From a virus (Duplodnaviria > Caudoviricetes), in the IMG/VR virus record IMGVR_UViG_3300007765_000007, positions 1-53,560 of that record: a stretch of DNA of 53,560 bases. One strand, given 5' to 3'. Shown here piece by piece: positions 38,395-47,104 of this stretch. Each line of letters starts with the position of its first letter. Position 1 is the stretch's first letter. The translations under genes and the position numbers were made by a program. The notes beneath the pieces were generated by a model. The model searched no databases. It saw nothing but the letters and a program-made list of their open reading frames with translations, and was not told the DNA's origin.

Positions 38395-39356
38395 ATAATC
38401 CCCAAATGTTTTAATACCGATGTTTGTTGTTTATATGCCCATTCATGAAATGATATTGGTTTTTCTTTCCATTTCATTTTATCTAAATCATAGTAATTGT
38501 GTTTCATCTTATTTGCAAGTGGAAAAGAAGCACCATAGATATAAGAAAATTCTAAAACTTTATTATCCATAATATCAAATTTAATATTTGGTGCATTTAA
38601 TTTTTTTTGAATAGTAATTAATTTCTGAATAAATTCATCTGAAAAATCTGTAGGTTCTATATCTTTTACTAAAGGTTTTTCTCCTCTTCCCACCCAATGT
38701 TCTTTATTGATATTTTTTATATGTGGGAATGAATTTGGTTCTTCAAAATATGTATTAGTTTTTTGTTTGAAACCATACAATTGATTATCAGATATAAAGA
38801 TTTGATATTCATATTCTACCTCTATGTAATCTTGTACTAAACATGGAAAGAAGTCTTCCCAATTATAACATTCTGAAATAAATTTTTGTATATCTTTTAA
38901 ATGTTCTGGTTTCCACATAAAAAAAGAACTTTCAGTACCAGCACCATATGTTGATTTTACTACTTTATTTAATGGAAAGGTCTGTATTAACCCTTTTATA
39001 TTATTACAAACCACACTCGGTGCATGTATATCGAATTTTTTTAATAACTCATATTGTCTTACTTTATTATCATAGTAATAATATGATTTTTTATTTGGCC
39101 ACATTTTTTCACCATAATGATTATATAATTTATCAAAACATTTAGAGTGAAGTTTTTTATCAGGTAAAGCATGTGCGAATCTACCTATATAGAATTCACC
39201 ATCATAATTTTCATAATCTATTAATTTATAACTTATATTTTTTGATTTAAATAAATCTTCAAACTTTTCACAATAGAATTTATTTAATGTATTTTGTTGT
39301 TTATTTAAACCATCTGGTATATGATAAATTGAATTATCTTTATGTAATGCAACCAT
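38391..39356 (-). CDS. ATP-grasp ligase-like protein (RimK-like)
   Basis: DNKVRQY, VVKSTYGAG, LVQDYI, KFD...VLE. Confidence 0.65.
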   Translation of the reverse strand: MVALHKDNSIYHIPDGLNKQQNTLNKFYCEKFEDLFKSKNISYKLIDYENYDGEFYIGRFAHALPDKKLHSKCFDKLYNHYGEKMWPNKKSYYYYDNKVRQYELLKKFDIHAPSVVCNNIKGLIQTFPLNKVVKSTYGAGTESSFFMWKPEHLKDIQKFISECYNWEDFFPCLVQDYIEVEYEYQIFISDNQLYGFKQKTNTYFEEPNSFPHIKNINKEHWVGRGEKPLVKDIEPTDFSDEFIQKLITIQKKLNAPNIKFDIMDNKVLEFSYIYGASFPLANKMKHNYYDLDKMKWKEKPISFHEWAYKQQTSVLKHLGII

Positions 39357-40288
39357 TAACCCTCGACTAAAATATTATTCACAAAATGATATCCTGCTAA
39401 TGTGTGTGGATGAACTACATCTACATCTGATTCAAGTGATTTAATTTCTTCTATCTTAACAATAGGTTTTCTTGTAAATCCATTATCATTTACAATAAGT
39501 TCATCACCTACTTGTAGGGCTCCTAAATTATCTTCTAATATTGCACCATCTCGATAAAATGGAATTAAGTGAGTAGATGTATATAATATATGATTATCAT
39601 CCGTTGATATTTTTAAAATTATTCCACCAGTATTATTCCCTGTCATTATAGAAGTAACTTGTGTATATATTATTTCTTCTGTATCTATCAATGCAGATTT
39701 TATGATATCTCCCACTTTAACTATTGAAATATCAATTTCTCCACTTTGTTCTTGTACTTTCATCTCAATTAATTCTTCAGTTCCACCAATAACAGCAGAA
39801 CTATTATGTGTTACTATATCATCCGCAATAATTGTTTCGTAATCTTGGTTTACTAAATTGTAAGTTTCGTGTTCTCCTTCGATATGAATTATATTCACAA
39901 CCTCTATCCAAGTAGAATCAATATCATTTACATAATCACCAACTTCAAGTTTTCCACTACCACCAGCATGATTTGGATTATGTCCATCTATTGTAACCCA
40001 ATCTTTATTTCTTTCAATAAAAGGATGGTTACCTGTTGGATACAAAATTTTTCCATTTTCTAAATGTAATTCATAAACATCATCATGTAATACTTTTTTG
40101 ATTTCATTTACTTTACCATTTCTGATTTCATCATACTCTTCATCCCAAACTAAAACCGAATCGTTTAGGTTTATTTCAGAAATTGGTTTCAATGTACCAT
40201 CTGACATATTTATTAATTGTTTTGGCAAAAAACAATCTGGGTTTACCATTTTAAATTTTGTATCAGTTTTCCAAATTAATTTTTTCAT
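39356..40288 (-). CDS. Tandem Hint-domain protein (mini-intein followed by a second Hint fold)
   Basis: CFLPKQLINMSDG...PTGNHPF...TYNL...IVTHN-S, then SAVIGGT...VKVGD...TSTH...LQVGD...HFVNNILVEG. Confidence 0.85.
   Translation of the reverse strand: MKKLIWKTDTKFKMVNPDCFLPKQLINMSDGTLKPISEINLNDSVLVWDEEYDEIRNGKVNEIKKVLHDDVYELHLENGKILYPTGNHPFIERNKDWVTIDGHNPNHAGGSGKLEVGDYVNDIDSTWIEVVNIIHIEGEHETYNLVNQDYETIIADDIVTHNSSAVIGGTEELIEMKVQEQSGEIDISIVKVGDIIKSALIDTEEIIYTQVTSIMTGNNTGGIILKISTDDNHILYTSTHLIPFYRDGAILEDNLGALQVGDELIVNDNGFTRKPIVKIEEIKSLESDVDVVHPHTLAGYHFVNNILVEG
39803..40234 (-). other. Mini-intein/Hint domain (144 aa, Cys19-Asn162) followed by Ser
   Basis: All canonical splicing residues are present: Cys1, block B TxxH, terminal His-Asn and Ser+1. 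No endonuclease domain. Confidence 0.8.
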
Positions 40289-40305
40289 AGTTTTCTCCTA
40301 TATTT

Positions 40306-40313
40306 ATAAATAT
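40306..40313 (-). promoter_or_regulatory. ATATTTAT motif within the palindrome ATATTTATAAATAT (40300-40313), putative promoter of the long modification operon
   Basis: Sits directly upstream of the AGGAG RBS of the tandem-Hint gene. Confidence 0.55.
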
Positions 40314-41740
40314 CATAAATCCAAGTTTACAGATAAAAATATATAATTATTATCTTCCGTTTTTGATATTGTTTTATACTTTAATGTAGTTAATCCATCA
40401 GAAATTAGATTGGATTTATTATTTAGAATTTGATCATAATATCTGATTTGATTTAATCTTGTTGATTCGTATTTCCATCCACCTTGACCATAACCTTCTT
40501 CATTGTGTTCCATCATTTCAAATGTAGAATCTCTTCTTGCAGGTAATGATATTTTCTGTTGTTCTAATTCATTATGAAGTCTTGGTATACAATTATATAT
40601 AGTACCATAAATTCTTGGATGAACTAAATCCATAACACTTCCTTTAGAATAATCATATGAATTATTAAATTTAGAATGTTTAAAATCGTAATATATTTTT
40701 AAATTATTAGAACTACTATATTGATTATCATCATTTAAAAAACTCATACCAGAATTTTGATACAATCCTTGAATTTCATTTCTCTGTAATGTTTTATCCC
40801 AATAGGCAAAATCACTTACATATCCACGAAAACTTTTTCTATCATCTTCTCTTTCAACTGATGCTATACCAATATAGAAATTTTCTTGACCAGAATTAAA
40901 TATTTTTCTTGTTATTATTTTATTTCCAACCAACTTACCATCTTGATACATTTTTAACCTACGATTTGATTTATCATAAGTTACGGTAATTTTTGTTAAT
41001 CTTGGATAACTATAATCGGAAGTGATTTGATGACACTCTTTACCAATATCCCAACACTCAAATTTATAACGATTAAATGAATTATAACATATCGTTGTAT
41101 CCCAACCTGGAATACTAAATACGCAATATTCATCAAACGACTTATCATAATCAGGAATTATTTCATCTGGTTTAAAAGTACAATGAATAGTAAAATCTTC
41201 ATGAATATTAATTGTATTTTTACATTCTATATAACTTTCATCTCCATGTATATATAAACCTGAAGTATTTTCTTTTGGTATTTCATAAATATCAAAATCA
41301 GTAAATACATTTTGTTCAGTTAACCGTAAAAGTAAATCATCATCTTCAAATCCCCAGCCCCAATATTCATTTGAGTATCCATTTACTCGTTTGAATAATT
41401 CAACTGGAAATAAAGTTACTCCACCAAAGTATGTATCAAATACTTCTCTTTTGGAATTGGTAAAGTTTGTTGCAAGATGTAATGGAACTTCTGAATAAGA
41501 ATAATCCACATCAATTGGCAGCATATCAACATCGTGAAACGCAACATAATCACATTGTTTTCTTAATGCGGTTTTAAAACCAATATTTAATAATTTACCT
41601 CGATTAAAAGGCAAATCATCATTTTGTTCAACTACAATTAAATCATAATCATAGTCTTTTAAATACTCTGATATAGATTCACGAAACTTTCGAAGATGTG
41701 TTGGCCTGTTACGATACGGGACAATTACACCAAGTTTCAT
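40313..41740 (-). CDS. GT7 (beta-1,4-galactosyltransferase-like) with inserted LamG domain
   Basis: VPYRNR, FNRGKLLNIGF, FHDVDMLP, YWGWGFEDDDL, LamG segment, GT7 tail DGLTTLKY. Paralog of 34925..36346. Confidence 0.9.
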   Translation of the reverse strand: MKLGVIVPYRNRPTHLRKFRESISEYLKDYDYDLIVVEQNDDLPFNRGKLLNIGFKTALRKQCDYVAFHDVDMLPIDVDYSYSEVPLHLATNFTNSKREVFDTYFGGVTLFPVELFKRVNGYSNEYWGWGFEDDDLLLRLTEQNVFTDFDIYEIPKENTSGLYIHGDESYIECKNTINIHEDFTIHCTFKPDEIIPDYDKSFDEYCVFSIPGWDTTICYNSFNRYKFECWDIGKECHQITSDYSYPRLTKITVTYDKSNRRLKMYQDGKLVGNKIITRKIFNSGQENFYIGIASVEREDDRKSFRGYVSDFAYWDKTLQRNEIQGLYQNSGMSFLNDDNQYSSSNNLKIYYDFKHSKFNNSYDYSKGSVMDLVHPRIYGTIYNCIPRLHNELEQQKISLPARRDSTFEMMEHNEEGYGQGGWKYESTRLNQIRYYDQILNNKSNLISDGLTTLKYKTISKTEDNNYIFLSVNLDL

Positions 41741-41940
41741 TATTTTTTCTCTTTTTCTTCTACATATTTAGAGTAATACTCTGCTAAATACCATTGAAGT
41801 CTATCACTCCACTCAGTTTTCTCGATTTCTTCGAACCAAATCGTTAGAGCATCTAAAACATTAGCAATCTTTTCTAATGCTTTTACTTTTCGCTCTTCTA
41901 AGAGTAGTGAATCATCTGGTGTTTTTGCTTTAGTAGCCAT
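41740..41940 (-). CDS. Small hypothetical protein
   Basis: AAGGAG RBS, TAATG coupling to the GT7 gene. Confidence 0.7.
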   Translation of the reverse strand: MATKAKTPDDSLLLEERKVKALEKIANVLDALTIWFEEIEKTEWSDRLQWYLAEYYSKYVEEKEKK

Positions 41941-41972
41941 ATTATAACTCCTTATTGTTATATAACTTTATA

Positions 41973-41980
41973 ATAAATAT
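41973..41980 (-). promoter_or_regulatory. ATATTTAT motif, putative late promoter
   Basis: Lies in the 42-nt spacer upstream of 41940. Confidence 0.55.
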
Positions 41981-41982
41981 CA

Positions 41983-42831
41983 TCATAAATCCTTAATCTT
42001 CAATATTTTTTTAGTAAGAATTTTCCATTTTCTATACTGTGAATAATTTGGTGTTTCTATTCTTTCAAACATAAATTCTCTTTCATTTAAATCAATTGTA
42101 TAATCTCTATCTTTAATTGATTTTAACATTTTTTTATATTCATGTGCAAATGTATAATTTGCCATTGATTTACTGACTTCTTTCAATCTCTGTAATACCG
42201 TATAATCCCATTTAAAATGATGTACTTGTGTAAAATTCTTTTCTACTGGATACCTTAATGGATGTGATTTTCCCCATGAAGTTTTTCCTCTTCCCAAATC
42301 AATAAAATGTTGTCCTGGAACTACATTGTGTTTTCCTTTTAATAATGTAACTTTATTTGCTTCTGCTCTACTCAATGGATAACGAAAGAATCCAGCGTTT
42401 GGCATTTCTTTCCATACATTACTTTCTTTTGTAATCACTGGAAACTCTCCATCTTCACCAATTCTATCAAGAAATCCACCTGTTACAAATTCCCAATTAT
42501 TTTCTTCACACTCATCTATAATTTCTTCTATTGGTTTAGAATATAATTGTAATTCATCATCATCTGCAACTATCCACCAATCATCTGGTTTTAAAGATGT
42601 GGTTTCATTATAGTGTGATGTAACCTTATGCCAATTGAATGGTTCTTCTATTGCAACTTTATATGGTTTTAAATTAAATTCATCCAATATAGAAGTTGTC
42701 TCTTCTATAATTGGATCATTCCACCATGTGGCATAAATTATTACAAAAAAATCATTGACAATTGGTTTATAATGTTGTAACATATGATGTAACATTGTGG
42801 TATTGTGGCCACATACCGTAACTAAATTCAT
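41983..42831 (-). CDS. GT2-like glycosyltransferase
   Basis: HMLQHY, DWWIVADDDEL, PGQH, VHHFKW. Confidence 0.7.
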   Translation of the reverse strand: MNLVTVCGHNTTMLHHMLQHYKPIVNDFFVIIYATWWNDPIIEETTSILDEFNLKPYKVAIEEPFNWHKVTSHYNETTSLKPDDWWIVADDDELQLYSKPIEEIIDECEENNWEFVTGGFLDRIGEDGEFPVITKESNVWKEMPNAGFFRYPLSRAEANKVTLLKGKHNVVPGQHFIDLGRGKTSWGKSHPLRYPVEKNFTQVHHFKWDYTVLQRLKEVSKSMANYTFAHEYKKMLKSIKDRDYTIDLNEREFMFERIETPNYSQYRKWKILTKKILKIKDL

Positions 42832-43553
42832 TTTTTCCTCACTATTGTTAATCCTGTAGAACTTGGGAAATCTTTTCGAATTCCATGATTAAAAAAATTA
42901 ATAACTTCAAATTTATCTTTATCTATAGTTTCAATAAATTGACTCGGCCCATTTAAAGTATCACCTTTATGGCCTTCAATTTCTACGAAATTATCCACAT
43001 AATTTTTATCTGTATCGTGTATTGTAATAATACCATTTGGCATCAATTTTTCTGAATACAATTCAAAATCCTTTTCCACTCCCTCTAAAGTGTGGTCAGC
43101 ATCTATATGAATTAAATCAAACCAAATATCTTGTTTTACAAAATGATTATAGTATGCCTCTTCCGTAGTTTCTTTTATAAACTTTGGTGTAAAATGTTTT
43201 CTAAATAAACTATTTTTATCTTCCCAATCAACCTCACCATTAAAACCATTACACGCATCAACCACATAAGTTGTTCCACTATCACCCCATTCCATTTGAA
43301 TATCTTTATAAAATCCCTCTTGTGCTAAATCATATCTAGCTTGACTCATTATTCTCGGAATATATCCACCACCACTTCCTAAACAAACTAATGTTTTTAA
43401 TTTAAAAAAATTAATTAAAGTGTAAATGATTAAACCATCACCGAGATGCATCCATGTTGCGCCATGAGTCCAACGATAAGGTACTTCATCTTCACCTGCA
43501 TTCGTTGTTATATAATTTTTTATATAATCATAATTTAATATTGAATCTTCCAT
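42828..43553 (-). CDS. Class I SAM-dependent methyltransferase (Methyltransf_24-like)
   Basis: LVCLGSGGG, DLIHIDADHTLEGVEKDF, GIITIHDT. Confidence 0.85.
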   Translation of the reverse strand: MEDSILNYDYIKNYITTNAGEDEVPYRWTHGATWMHLGDGLIIYTLINFFKLKTLVCLGSGGGYIPRIMSQARYDLAQEGFYKDIQMEWGDSGTTYVVDACNGFNGEVDWEDKNSLFRKHFTPKFIKETTEEAYYNHFVKQDIWFDLIHIDADHTLEGVEKDFELYSEKLMPNGIITIHDTDKNYVDNFVEIEGHKGDTLNGPSQFIETIDKDKFEVINFFNHGIRKDFPSSTGLTIVRKK

Positions 43554-43571
43554 AAAACCTTTATATTATTA

Positions 43572-44609
43572 TTAGAATGGATTCGAATTACTTCCTTTAT
43601 TATGTACCAAAAATGTTTTACCAAAATAAACATCCAATGGTTCTACATCAATCTGTACTACTTCGTATCCCTCATCATTATCAATTAAATTTTCTAATGA
43701 TGTAATCTCAACTTCATTTCCATTCTTATCCATTACATGAGCACCAACTTTCATATTTGGAACTAATTGCCACATCCAAGTATTTTCATTTATTGGTTTA
43801 TATAACATTTCATGTTCACCTGTAATTTTTTCCATTCCATCATTTATATTCCAATAATTATATGCAAAATCAAAATTAATATCTTGAACACTTGCTGAAT
43901 GTTGTGTAAATGTTTCTGTTTTCTCATCAGCAAATCTACAACTTCTCCAATCATCATTATCCTCATCAAGTTGTCCTGGCATATTCATGGACATAACCCA
44001 ATCACCTATTTCTAAATCTTCTACAAGTTTAGTAGTACCATCTGCCATTTCAATTGGTGTTCCCTCTAATAAACAACTTGGTGAACCACCATAACTATCA
44101 ACAACCGTTACTGACTTAGTTAAATTAGAATTATAATTTGTTGCGTGATCATTATATCCATCTGATTGTCCGTCTTCAAGAAATTTACCAGTTAAAGTAA
44201 CACTTGCATTATTTGTTCCTGCTGCAAACCAATCACTATCATCACCTGTACCAGTATTTGCATTTGATATTGCACCTGCAGTTAATGTACAAGTATAATC
44301 ACCTGCTACTGAAGTAACTCCACTATTTTCACTCCAAGCAAAATTTGCATCTCTATTTGCAATCTTACTTAAAAATAAACTTCCATTATTTGAAAAATTC
44401 ATCGTATAGGTTTCTGCAGTTTGTTCCCATAAATAAGTATATCCTGTAACACTATCTACAGAACTTATTGAAAAATCCGACATTTTAGTTTGACTTGAAC
44501 CATCATTTTGAGCACCCAAAGAAGTATTGGTAGTCGTATATGAATCAGTTCCATCTACTGCTCTCTTTAATTTTCCTAATGATAAGTTTTGTCCTGATGC
44601 TGTTGACAT
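43572..44609 (-). CDS. Putative virion fibre-tip protein with C-terminal Hint domain
   Basis: Ser/Thr/Asn-rich N-region with LSLGKL...KMSDF. Hint at 44075-43599: CLLEGTPIEMADG...TGEH...FLVHN, then KGSNSNPF. Confidence 0.8.
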   Translation of the reverse strand: MSTASGQNLSLGKLKRAVDGTDSYTTTNTSLGAQNDGSSQTKMSDFSISSVDSVTGYTYLWEQTAETYTMNFSNNGSLFLSKIANRDANFAWSENSGVTSVAGDYTCTLTAGAISNANTGTGDDSDWFAAGTNNASVTLTGKFLEDGQSDGYNDHATNYNSNLTKSVTVVDSYGGSPSCLLEGTPIEMADGTTKLVEDLEIGDWVMSMNMPGQLDEDNDDWRSCRFADEKTETFTQHSASVQDINFDFAYNYWNINDGMEKITGEHEMLYKPINENTWMWQLVPNMKVGAHVMDKNGNEVEITSLENLIDNDEGYEVVQIDVEPLDVYFGKTFLVHNKGSNSNPF

Positions 44610-44633
44610 TTTTTTTCCTATATTAATTCAATA

Positions 44634-44641
44634 ATAAATAT
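44634..44641 (-). promoter_or_regulatory. ATATTTAT motif, putative late promoter
   Basis: Lies in the 31-nt spacer upstream of the Hint protein gene. Confidence 0.55.
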
Positions 44642-45804
44642 CAATTGTTGTAAAGTTTTAACATTTTTTCTATCCATTCTTCTTTATTGTCGAATTTATT
44701 AGTTAAATATTCTCTAAGTGGCCATAATAAGTTTCTTCTACCATCAAGTGATACTTCACATAACTTATTATATTGTTCTCTAAACTCTATAGGATTAGAA
44801 GCTCTAAATGGATATTCATATTCTGTTAACCAATCACCTGCTAATATTGGAACTTTACCATAATCTATTGCCTGAAATATACTATATCCAAATGGTTCAA
44901 CAATATGAGCAGAATGACTTATACCCCAATCTCTATGATAAAATCTATCTATATTATCATACTTGAATGTAAATATTTTCCACTTTGAAGTATCAGTTCC
45001 TATATTTCTTCTCCACCATTTAACATCTTTCGGGTCTGTAAAAAACTCACTATCAATACCTGCAAGAAAATGTGGACATTTACGAGTTTCACATCGAGAA
45101 GCAAATCCTACCGTATTATTATCTGTAACATCATAATTATGTTTAAATTCATAAAAATTTGGTATATGTAATATTTTATCATTATGTTCATTATCTAAGT
45201 TAGGTTTATCCACACCAATCCAAAATGAATTTTTAGCATATCCTACTATTTCAGTTTCCCAATTAGGCGACATAGCAAAATTGAACCCAGTTTTTAAACC
45301 TAAAAGAAATGGTGCTTTTAAAGCACTACTAACATTACAATGAACGGCATTTGTATATATCTTATCTTTATTATCTCTTATATATCTATGTGGATGATAG
45401 TAACCATGTAGTATATGTATTCTACGAGCCCCATTTAAAATCTCACCAAACTCTTCTGGATCATCACCTTGCCAATAATGTTTTAATTCTGTTTTTAAAA
45501 CATCTTTATAAGTTCGTTTCTTTTTATCAAAAGTTTCCTTAAAAGTACTTTTTAAATTTTTATGAACTTGTCTACCATTATTTCCTGATTCACCTCTATC
45601 AACTCTTTTTTTAAAATCTTTGTGTTGTTCTTCAGTCCAGTCAACTATAGGTTTGTTTCTATGTATCATTAATTTTGGAACAACTTTAAGTTTTGGTGCA
45701 ATCTCTTCTATCCAATGATTCACCCAAACATCAGCACCACCACCAACTAAACTTCCACCTCCTGTGGAATAGTATACATCGTATTCTTTATTTGTCGTGG
45801 ACAT
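44641..45804 (-). CDS. GT-B fold glycosyltransferase (GT4-like)
   Basis: GGADVWV near the N-terminus, GFASR..RK, EPFGYSIFQAIDYGKVPI. Start adjusted to ATG 45804. Confidence 0.75.
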   Translation of the reverse strand: MSTTNKEYDVYYSTGGGSLVGGGADVWVNHWIEEIAPKLKVVPKLMIHRNKPIVDWTEEQHKDFKKRVDRGESGNNGRQVHKNLKSTFKETFDKKKRTYKDVLKTELKHYWQGDDPEEFGEILNGARRIHILHGYYHPHRYIRDNKDKIYTNAVHCNVSSALKAPFLLGLKTGFNFAMSPNWETEIVGYAKNSFWIGVDKPNLDNEHNDKILHIPNFYEFKHNYDVTDNNTVGFASRCETRKCPHFLAGIDSEFFTDPKDVKWWRRNIGTDTSKWKIFTFKYDNIDRFYHRDWGISHSAHIVEPFGYSIFQAIDYGKVPILAGDWLTEYEYPFRASNPIEFREQYNKLCEVSLDGRRNLLWPLREYLTNKFDNKEEWIEKMLKLYNN

Positions 45805-47104
45805 TATGTACCAATACTCCCCCTGCAAAATAAACATCATTTGGTTCAACATTTAAATTTACCGTTTCTAATTCTTCTTCTATCTTTTCTATACTTGTTA
45901 TTGTTTCAAAAACAAAACTACCAGATGTATCAGTAAGAATTTCATCTCCAGGAATTAATTCTTCTGTCTTTTTAAATTCATACTTATTATTATGTTTTAT
46001 AAAAAATGGATGTTCAAATGTAACTTTTATTCTGTCATTAATTTTATAATATTCATCATACCAATCAAACGTAATATCAGTTAATTTAGTAGTTGTATAT
46101 TCTGCCCCATCAAGTGTATCAGTTTCCCAATCTACCCAAGTATCTTTATCATCAAAATCTAATGGCATAGTTGGTAAAGTTAATGTTAATACCTCTTCAC
46201 CAATACTTAAATCTTCTATTCTTTTCGTATAACCATCTGCCATAGTTATCGGTGTATCTACTGAAAAACATCCACTTCCACCATATGCATCAATCGTAGA
46301 ACTAAAGAATTCATCAAACCTAATCGGGTGTGGAGAATCAGTTGCATAAAGTGGGCCTACTCCATACCAATCAAAATTCTTTTTCGATGCTCTTGCAACA
46401 GTATTGAATGCTTGATATAAATCATGAATATCATTATTTCCTTGAGAATCCCCATTTTCAGTTCTAATTGAATCTACATCTATATTATTAGCATAACCAA
46501 TTGTAGGAACTATTAGTGAACCTGATCCTGGGCCCGCAAGAGTAATTGTAGTATATGATCCAGGAGTTCTTATTTCACTTCTCTGTACATTATATACTGA
46601 AGCACCATTTGGAGCTGCAGGATATGAACCAGCAGCAATAGTATATTGTCCAGATGATGAAACTTCTGGTGGAAATGTTCTCCATCCAGTTACTCCACTA
46701 AAATAAGATGGGCCTCCACCTGTTTGTGATGTATAAGTTAAAACTTGTAAATATCCCCATCCATCATAAAAACAAAATTTATTATTAGTAGTGGTTACTG
46801 ATGCATTAGTATATACTGTAGTAGCACCATAATTAACAGCCTGTGGATATGTTGTACTATAAAGAGTAGTTATTGCTGAACCAATTGGTTCATATGACCA
46901 ACTACCACTTGAATAATTTGCTCCACCTGCAGTAACACTAACACCAGTTAATTTACCATCTGGATTGGATGTCCAAGTACCTGTAAATCCACTTCCTTGT
47001 CCTGGATCACTTGCAGTTAAAGGTCCAGATGTATCCGTAGCATATCCATCACCTCCTTCAAGAAGAGTTAATCCCGTTATACTGAATCCACTATTTAGAG
47101 CCAT
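45788..47104 (-). CDS. Putative virion fibre/adhesin protein with C-terminal Hint domain
   Basis: Gly/Ser/Thr-rich N-region. Hint at 46270-45803: CFSVDTPITMADG...TFEHPF...VLVHN, then VHDK. Confidence 0.82.
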   Translation of the reverse strand: MALNSGFSITGLTLLEGGDGYATDTSGPLTASDPGQGSGFTGTWTSNPDGKLTGVSVTAGGANYSSGSWSYEPIGSAITTLYSTTYPQAVNYGATTVYTNASVTTTNNKFCFYDGWGYLQVLTYTSQTGGGPSYFSGVTGWRTFPPEVSSSGQYTIAAGSYPAAPNGASVYNVQRSEIRTPGSYTTITLAGPGSGSLIVPTIGYANNIDVDSIRTENGDSQGNNDIHDLYQAFNTVARASKKNFDWYGVGPLYATDSPHPIRFDEFFSSTIDAYGGSGCFSVDTPITMADGYTKRIEDLSIGEEVLTLTLPTMPLDFDDKDTWVDWETDTLDGAEYTTTKLTDITFDWYDEYYKINDRIKVTFEHPFFIKHNNKYEFKKTEELIPGDEILTDTSGSFVFETITSIEKIEEELETVNLNVEPNDVYFAGGVLVHNVHDK

